A DNA stretch of 32,000 nt from Candidatus Iainarchaeum sp. Its GTDB lineage: Archaea > Iainarchaeota > Iainarchaeia > Iainarchaeales > VGJJ01. This document shows, piece after piece, positions 25,183-32,000 of the stretch; within the stretch, counting starts at the first letter, position 1; every line of letters starts with the position of its first letter. The translations under genes were made by a program, and so were the position numbers. The notes below the pieces were generated by a model. The model did no database searches. It saw only the letters and a program-made list of their open reading frames with translations, and had not been told where the DNA came from. The DNA is taken from NCBI GenBank assembly GCA_030688545.1, contig JAUYHT010000001.1, positions 53,195 to 85,194 of the forward strand. Direction: 5' to 3'.

Positions 25183-25479
25183 TCATTCCTCCTCGTCTTC
25201 GTCCTCGTCAAATTCGTCCAGGTGATACGTTCCCTCATCGATGCCAAGTTCCTTCAATTCCATTTCCGCTTGCTTTCGGGGAATATCTTTGCTGAAGTAG
25301 ACATCGTAGAGGGCCATGCTGGGCTCCCATCCGGCGGCGGTCAGCTTTTCCATGGCGTCGGCGATTGTATGCAATCTCTCTCTCAGTTCATCCCCTTTCG
25401 CCTTGACCATGGCGGCGTCTATTTTGTCTCCGAATTCCCATTCGGGTTTTCCGAAAAAGTAGATGGATAAGCTGGCCAT
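25183..25479 (-). CDS. Hypothetical small protein with acidic C-terminal tail
   Basis: 98-aa ORF with coherent composition, ending DEFDEDEDEEE. It is divergent from guaB. No family recognised. Confidence 0.5.
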   Translation of the reverse strand: MASLSIYFFGKPEWEFGDKIDAAMVKAKGDELRERLHTIADAMEKLTAAGWEPSMALYDVYFSKDIPRKQAEMELKELGIDEGTYHLDEFDEDEDEEE

Positions 25480-25590
25480 ATACTATCGCCTCCTCATTGG
25501 TTTTTTCACAAATGAAACGAATTGAAAGGCATAAAAACGTTCCCGTGGTGGGCCGCCGAGCCTCCGCCCAACCAACCTTTATAGGGGCGA

Positions 25591-27114
25591 ATGGGTACCA
25601 TCATCATGGCCCACCCCAAAATGGAATCCTTCTTCGCGCGCATGGAGGCCCTCGAGCTCGCCCTCGCTTTCGAGGATGTGCGCCTCGCCACCGCGTATTC
25701 GGACATTCGTCTGGAGGCGATTGAGACCAACTCCTTCTTCTCTAAGAACGTCCCCGTCAAGATTCCCATCATCAGCGCCGCCATGGATACCGTCACCGAT
25801 TCCCGCATGGCCATTGCCTTGGCCAAACTGGGGGGTTTGGGGATTATCCACCGAAATCTTTCGCCCGAACAGCAGGCTAAAGAAGTGGCCCGGGTGAAAA
25901 ATCATTTGAATGCGCGCATCCAGAACCCGGTGATGTTTCACCAGGATGATTCCATTCGGCAAGTCCTCCAGACTCGGGAAGAAAAGAATTTTCCCTTCCA
26001 TACGTTTCCAGTTCTCAATGCCCATGACGAATTGGTGGGGGTGGTGACGGAGAATGATTTCGATCTCATGGCCGACCCTGAACAACCTCTTTCCTCTATC
26101 ATGAGTGCCCAACCCGTGACGGCGCCGGTAACCTGTACCGTGGATGAGGCGTATCAGATCATGCTCACAGAGAAGAAGAAAGTCCTCCCCCTCGTGGATG
26201 AGAATGGAAAAGTAAAAGGGTTGTATGTGTTTCAGGACGTGAAGACCATCGTGAAGGGGGAACGTTATCGGTTCAACCTTGATTCCAATGGGCAGCTACG
26301 TGTGGGGGGCGCGGTGGGTACGGGGGAAAAAGAATTGGAGCGCGTGCGCGCATTGGTGAAAGAGAATGTGGATGTTGTAGTAATCGACACCGCCCACGGC
26401 CACTCGAAAGGGGTTCTAACCATGGTGAAAGCCATCAAGGGTGAATTCCCCTCCACCGATGTGGTGGCGGGGAACATCTCCGAACCCACGGGGGTGGATG
26501 ATTTGATCAAGGCCGGGGTGGACGGAATCAAGATAGGTCAGGGTCCGGGGAGTATTTGCACCACGCGCATCGTCGCGGGGATCGGGTGTCCACAGGTAAC
26601 CGCCATTTTCAACTGCGCCAAGGCCGCTCGAGGGAGCGGGGTTCCCATTTGTGGGGATGGGGGCATTACCTATTCGGGAGACATTACGGTGGCCCTGGCC
26701 GCCGGCGCCCACACCGTGATGGTGGGCAGTCTTCTCGCGGGCACGGCGGAGTCCCCGGGGGATATTACCTATGTGGATGGGAAGCCCGTGAAACGCATCC
26801 GGGGAATGGGAAGTTTGAGTGCGATGAAGGAAAGCAAAGCCTCGCGGGAAAGGTATCGTCAATCCCACGATTTCAAGAAATTGGTTCCGGAGGGAATCGA
26901 GGGAGTCGTGCCCTATCGGGGAAACGTGGAGGATTTGATGGTCCAGCATCTCGGGGGGTTGCGCGCGGGCATGGGCTATGTGGGCGCTTCTTCCATTCCG
27001 GAGCTCCATGAAAAGGCCTATTTCCGCCGCATCACCCATGCGGGGCAGAAGGAATCCCACCCCCATGATATCCATTTAATTACGGAAGCCCCCAACTACC
27101 ACCGGATCAGGTGA
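25591..27114 (+). CDS. guaB: IMP dehydrogenase with CBS subdomain
   Basis: 507 aa with an AAMDTVT block, a CBS pair, catalytic-loop GIKIGQGPGSICTTR, and GGITYSGD and GSLLAG blocks. Start could be a downstream in-frame ATG (MESFF... or MEALE...). Confidence 0.95.
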   Translation: MGTIIMAHPKMESFFARMEALELALAFEDVRLATAYSDIRLEAIETNSFFSKNVPVKIPIISAAMDTVTDSRMAIALAKLGGLGIIHRNLSPEQQAKEVARVKNHLNARIQNPVMFHQDDSIRQVLQTREEKNFPFHTFPVLNAHDELVGVVTENDFDLMADPEQPLSSIMSAQPVTAPVTCTVDEAYQIMLTEKKKVLPLVDENGKVKGLYVFQDVKTIVKGERYRFNLDSNGQLRVGGAVGTGEKELERVRALVKENVDVVVIDTAHGHSKGVLTMVKAIKGEFPSTDVVAGNISEPTGVDDLIKAGVDGIKIGQGPGSICTTRIVAGIGCPQVTAIFNCAKAARGSGVPICGDGGITYSGDITVALAAGAHTVMVGSLLAGTAESPGDITYVDGKPVKRIRGMGSLSAMKESKASRERYRQSHDFKKLVPEGIEGVVPYRGNVEDLMVQHLGGLRAGMGYVGASSIPELHEKAYFRRITHAGQKESHPHDIHLITEAPNYHRIR

Positions 27115-28683
<1,569 letters not shown>

Positions 28684-28704
28684 GAACTCAGAGTGTAATT
28701 TGGC

Positions 28705-28786
28705 CCGATGTAGCGACAGTAAGACGTTATGCTAATTCGAGTGCAGTAGCCTATTTTCTATCCTTAATCAGACATGACTAAAAACC
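28705..28786 (+). repeat. Cassette-boundary repeat R1
   Basis: Box1 is GATGTAGCGACAGTAAGACG (28707-28726). Box2 is GAGTGCAG (28739-28746), followed by TAGCCTATTTTC. Then comes GACATGACTAAAAA (28771-28784), shared with R2. Confidence 0.8.
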
Positions 28787-28806
28787 ATGCTTCCTGAGTC
28801 TCTTGT

Positions 28807-29466
28807 ATGTTGGATGTAGAATTAGACCTAAAAGCGAAAGATGGTCAACGCCGAAAAGCGACCAAAATGAATGCAGCTACTGCGCCCTATTTCGTGGACT
28901 TTTTAGGAAAGAGGATAATGGTCTATCCACATGTTTTTTACCCAGAAATTGATACTGAATTATTGGCAAAGTCTGCTAGAGTTAATCCATCGGATCGCGT
29001 GTTCGAACCTTTTGCTGGAACTGGTGCCATCGCTATTTTTTTGTCTAACCAATCTGCAGCGGTTGTTGCTACGGATGTAAATCCTGATGCCGTGAAAAAT
29101 ATTTCTGAAAATATTCGATTGCATGGTTTAGAGAAAAAGGCACGAATCGAATTAGCTAATATATTCCCCTCTAGTAATGAAAAATTTGATGTGATTGTTG
29201 CCAATCCTCCATATACGGATCATGAAGCAAAAAACATAGAAGAAAAGTCCATGTGGGATAAAAATCACGAAACTATAAAGAATTTCTTTCGTGATGCGAA
29301 AAAGTATTTGACTGCAAAAGGTAAAATTTATTGCTCGTGGTCTAATTTTGCTGATTTTGAGTTTTTGGAAAAACTTGCAAAAGAATCAGGTTATTCAATA
29401 AAATCAGTTAACGAAGTAGCAAAAGTTTGGCAGATTTATCGCGTTTATGAGATAGAGCCATTATAG
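28807..29466 (+). CDS. Class I SAM-dependent methyltransferase with NPPY motif (HemK/RsmC-like small MTase domain)
   Basis: 219 aa. Motif I is VFEPFAGTGAIA and motif IV is VIVANPPY. The substrate (DNA N6-A, protein Gln or rRNA) cannot be decided from sequence alone. Confidence 0.8.
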   Translation: MLDVELDLKAKDGQRRKATKMNAATAPYFVDFLGKRIMVYPHVFYPEIDTELLAKSARVNPSDRVFEPFAGTGAIAIFLSNQSAAVVATDVNPDAVKNISENIRLHGLEKKARIELANIFPSSNEKFDVIVANPPYTDHEAKNIEEKSMWDKNHETIKNFFRDAKKYLTAKGKIYCSWSNFADFEFLEKLAKESGYSIKSVNEVAKVWQIYRVYEIEPL

Positions 29467-29544
29467 GTGTGCGGCGTCCGTGAGATGCCTCGTCAGTTTG
29501 AGTGCAGTGCCTTTTTCAGATAAACTATCCGACATAACTAAAAA
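29466..29544 (+). repeat. Cassette-boundary repeat R2
   Basis: Box1 is the diverged form GTGCGGCGTCCGTGAGATG (29468-29486). Box2 is GAGTGCAG (29499-29506), followed by TGCCTTTTTC. Then comes GACATAACTAAAAA (29530-29543). Confidence 0.8.
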
Positions 29545-29566
29545 TTGGGAGGTCGACATGCACAAT

Positions 29567-30499
29567 TTAGTCGATAAGTGCTTTTTCGTATTGTTTCTTG
29601 AATCGTCTTACTAATCGAATCGCAAGTGCTCGCCCGTTGTTGGCGTAATTGCATCGTTCTAATGCGTTAATGTACGTTTGTCTTTCTTTGGTTTCAATAT
29701 CAATCATTCCATATCCATTTTGATACAGGATATAGTTCATCACGATTCGAGCCGTTCTTCCATTTCCATCCTGGAATGGGTGAATACGAACGAGTTTCCA
29801 GTGCGCCCATGCAGCTAATTCTAATGGATGTAATTTTTTCTTTAATTGGTCATAGTCCTTAAAGTAAAGTTTCATGTCAGTTGGAACCATATTTGGTGGG
29901 GTGAGTGCGAATTTGGACGCACGTAAGTAGTTTTCTTTCGTCTTGTATTTTCCTGCAATGTAAGGTTTTGTGTCGTTGAAGTACATTTCATGGATTTTAA
30001 ACAAAAAATCTTCGTCGAATTTTCCTTTGTATTCTTTGACAAATTGAAGCGTACGTTGGGCAGCCTTGGCTTCCAGTACATCGTCTAATGGCTTGTTTGG
30101 GGAAATATTTTCAGTTAAGAGAAGCGCAACTTCTTTGGGGGTGAGTGTGCTTCCTTCAATGGAGTTCGTGTTGTACACGAATGCCATGACAAAGTTCTGG
30201 TCAAACTGCTCCTGGATAGTGGAATTTTGAGCATTGTAACGTTTCCAAAACTCCTTGTTGATTCGATCAATCTCACTTATTTCATCGGGAGTCAAATAGT
30301 GATGACCCAAACTTTTTTCTCGCTCGGTTACCATTTCTTCTTCAAATTGAGACAATAAGATTTGTAGTTTCGTTTCGGAAGGTTGTTGTTTTCCAATGTA
30401 TTTTCGAATCTGCTTGCGTCGACCTTTGGCGATGGGAATGTTTTCAACCAAGTAATAATAGGTTTGCTCTCCCCGTTGGCGTTTGGTTAGATAGGCCAT
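29567..30499 (-). CDS. Fic family protein (Fic2), canonical AMPylation-type motif with N-terminal inhibitory-helix motif
   Basis: 310 aa. The core HPFQDGNGRTAR fits HxFx(D/E)GNGRxxR. TNSIEG fits the (S/T)xxxE(G/N) auto-inhibitory motif of class II Fic proteins. TATA-like CTTTTAAAG lies about 27 bp upstream. Confidence 0.9.
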   Translation of the reverse strand: MAYLTKRQRGEQTYYYLVENIPIAKGRRKQIRKYIGKQQPSETKLQILLSQFEEEMVTEREKSLGHHYLTPDEISEIDRINKEFWKRYNAQNSTIQEQFDQNFVMAFVYNTNSIEGSTLTPKEVALLLTENISPNKPLDDVLEAKAAQRTLQFVKEYKGKFDEDFLFKIHEMYFNDTKPYIAGKYKTKENYLRASKFALTPPNMVPTDMKLYFKDYDQLKKKLHPLELAAWAHWKLVRIHPFQDGNGRTARIVMNYILYQNGYGMIDIETKERQTYINALERCNYANNGRALAIRLVRRFKKQYEKALID

Positions 30500-30520
30500 A
30501 ATATGTGTTACTCACAAACA

Positions 30521-30556
30521 CTTTAAAAGGATTGAGGAACAACGGCTATTGAGGAA
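30521..30556 (-). promoter_or_regulatory. Fic2 promoter region: TATA-like box plus two 9-bp direct repeats
   Basis: The plus strand reads CTTTAAAAGG (30521-30530), then ATTGAGGAA at 30531-30539 and again at 30548-30556. Confidence 0.5.
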
Positions 30557-30599
30557 TACGGTTAGTGGATCCCGAATGTATAACGGCCGCCAAAATGGC

Positions 30600-31079
30600 T
30601 TACTCGACCATTTGCCACCCTTTCTTCTTGTATTTACCTAACTCAATGCTGTGCTCGGAATGATAATCTATTTCGAATTGGTGTTTATGGAGAAAGTAAA
30701 GGAGGAATACACTATTAGAAATATCCGGTAGATATCCGAGTTCGTCGATTATATTGAACATTTTAGCGGTTACTTTTGCTGAAAAGCTCTTATTCTCTTC
30801 GGTTATGGTCTGTATATACTCTATATCTTCCTTTAGTTTGTCGTATTTGCTGAAAAATCGATCCAAGGAATCAAAATGATCGTGGAGTTTGTTTTCATCG
30901 ATGCTTCTCAAAGAGAAAATCAATTTCAGTTTTGGAACCAAGAATACTCCGTACCATCCCATACTTCGTTCCCCCTGATTATGCTTGATTTCACCCGTAT
31001 ATAAATTTGCGTTCAGTAAACCGCCATGAAAATGCAACGACTGCAAAAAACTGAGCAATTCTGGTTCTGAAATAATCAT
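30600..31079 (-). CDS. Hypothetical protein (no recognisable family)
   Basis: 159-aa AT-rich ORF on the same strand as, and upstream of, Fic2. No motifs recognised. Confidence 0.55.
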   Translation of the reverse strand: MIISEPELLSFLQSLHFHGGLLNANLYTGEIKHNQGERSMGWYGVFLVPKLKLIFSLRSIDENKLHDHFDSLDRFFSKYDKLKEDIEYIQTITEENKSFSAKVTAKMFNIIDELGYLPDISNSVFLLYFLHKHQFEIDYHSEHSIELGKYKKKGWQMVE

Positions 31080-31301
31080 ATTATTTTTACTGTGTTATCG
31101 AGCATGACTTCTCCATTTTTCATGACCCGTAAACAATTGGCCAATTCGTATCGCTTTCATCCGCTGTCCATCCTTTTTTGTTCTAATTTTAAGATAGTTT
31201 AACATACTTAAAGATTCTTTAAGATTAGATTAAACGAGCGATTGTGGATAAGTTTACATTGTGTTTAGACACAATCAAAAAATCCGGCACTTGAACTACC
31301 T

Positions 31302-31419
31302 ATTCACCAACAAAAAAGGCCTACTGCGGGATTGCAAATCCCGCTAATGTTCCCTTAGTGCTGCCCGATAATGCGGGCATGCAGCGACCGTGAGACGGGG
31401 ACTGGGTAGAATGCAGATG
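31302..31419 (+). repeat. Cassette-boundary repeat R4 (long form, multi-hairpin)
   Basis: It is closed by AAAAAAGGCC (31302-31311) and GGTCCTTTTTT (31409-31419). Internal hairpins are GCGGGATT-GCA-AATCCCGC and TGCCCG-ATAATG-CGGGCA. Box1 is CATGCAGCGACCGTGAGACG (31368-31387) and box2 is GAATGCAG (31399-31406). Confidence 0.8.
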
Positions 31420-31465
31420 GTCCTTTTTTGTCATGTTTAAATACTTCCAATGATTCTTTTAGTTA

Positions 31466-31933
31466 ATGGAAAATGTTGCTCGTTGGCAGATAGTCGTTCT
31501 CCTTTTTATCACAGGAATAATGTGGTCTGGATGCATTGCGCCACCAAGTCCAAACAACTTAACAGTAATAGTTGAATCGAATAATGCCCCAGAATGTATC
31601 AAACTTTCTACTTATTCAAAAATGCTTCTTGCTTGTGAACTATGTACTGATTTTGTTGAAACGCCAGTTATTGAACTAAAAAATGAGTGTTCTGAGTTAC
31701 TTATTCTTCATGCGGGTTCTACTCCCCCACCAATGACTGGACTCAACGATTATTATGAGGGCTCTAAGCAAGGGGCTGATGGTACCACGCTCACTTATTC
31801 AGGCGAAAGTGCGTATATTTATGTTCATCAACTGGGTGCTTCTCAATTTTACTTCATTCAAAAATCAAATCCGCAGCAATCTTCTCCCAATGTCTATGAA
31901 ATAAAATATAGGATTGAAAATAAATCAAAATGA
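31466..31933 (+). CDS. Hypothetical secreted/lipoprotein-like protein
   Basis: 155 aa. The N-terminal hydrophobic segment ends in a lipobox-like IMWSGC. The rest is Cys-containing and AT-rich. No family recognised. Confidence 0.55.
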   Translation: MENVARWQIVVLLFITGIMWSGCIAPPSPNNLTVIVESNNAPECIKLSTYSKMLLACELCTDFVETPVIELKNECSELLILHAGSTPPPMTGLNDYYEGSKQGADGTTLTYSGESAYIYVHQLGASQFYFIQKSNPQQSSPNVYEIKYRIENKSK

Positions 31934-31954
31934 GAGTCGCTAAACTGGGGATAT

Positions 31955-32000
31955 CAGCCAGCCGGATTGCACTCTAACGCTGGATACGATGCAGCGACCG
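31955..32000 (+). repeat. Cassette-boundary repeat R5 (truncated by window end)
   Basis: CCAGCCGGATTGCACTCTAACGCTGG aligns with the R4 upstream arm. Box1 starts GATGCAGCGACCG at 31988 and runs off the window. Confidence 0.7.

Noticed and set aside
28684-32000. Canonical integron attC sites with RYYYAAC / GTTRRRY core sites
   Set aside because: By eye the closest matches (GTTATGC in R1, CTCTAAC in R5, ACATAAC in R2) each have mismatches and are not at equivalent positions in the repeats. The integron interpretation is therefore kept only as an architectural analogy pending covariance-model tests.

Overview
Archaeal chromosomal window with one tRNA, no rRNA and no CRISPR array. The archaeal call rests on these genes: RadA, an RPA-like ssDNA-binding protein, Pus10, GGGP synthase, aIF6, ribosomal proteins L31e/L39e/S19e, prefoldin alpha, RNase P Rpp21, SRP54/FtsY and an A24 prepilin-type peptidase. 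Many genes also have a TATA-like box about 25-30 bp upstream of the start codon, the leaderless pattern. An uncultured small-genome lineage is plausible, but that is inference only. The core includes the conserved block rnp4 - S19e - PDCD5-like - L39e - L31e - aIF6 - prefoldin alpha - FtsY - SRP54 on the minus strand (18.2-24.7 kb), followed by guaB-purA. RadA carries a 511-aa LAGLIDADG intein in its P-loop. Two visibly AT-richer accessory patches stand out. (i) At 7.0-9.4 kb, a 15-22 bp tRNA 3'-end fragment occurs three times in direct orientation and frames a degenerate DHH/DHHA2 pyrophosphatase homolog and a Fic protein. (ii) From 28.7 kb to the window end, directly after purA, a GC-rich conserved repeat occurs four times in one orientation. 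It punctuates single- or two-gene modules: an NPPY methyltransferase, a second Fic paralog plus an unknown gene, and a lipoprotein-like ORF. This is a cassette-array-like architecture and is my top candidate for something new. Other unexplained signals are a paralogous family of highly basic hypothetical proteins (three clustered at 1.4-4.1 kb, one at 14.6 kb, possibly one at 9.7 kb), a dispersed element built from ~31-bp A/T palindromic units (1.23 kb, 25.04 kb, weak copy at 19.69 kb), and Lys-rich tails on three ribosomal proteins. All functional calls come from motif and pattern recognition by eye; no database search was run.
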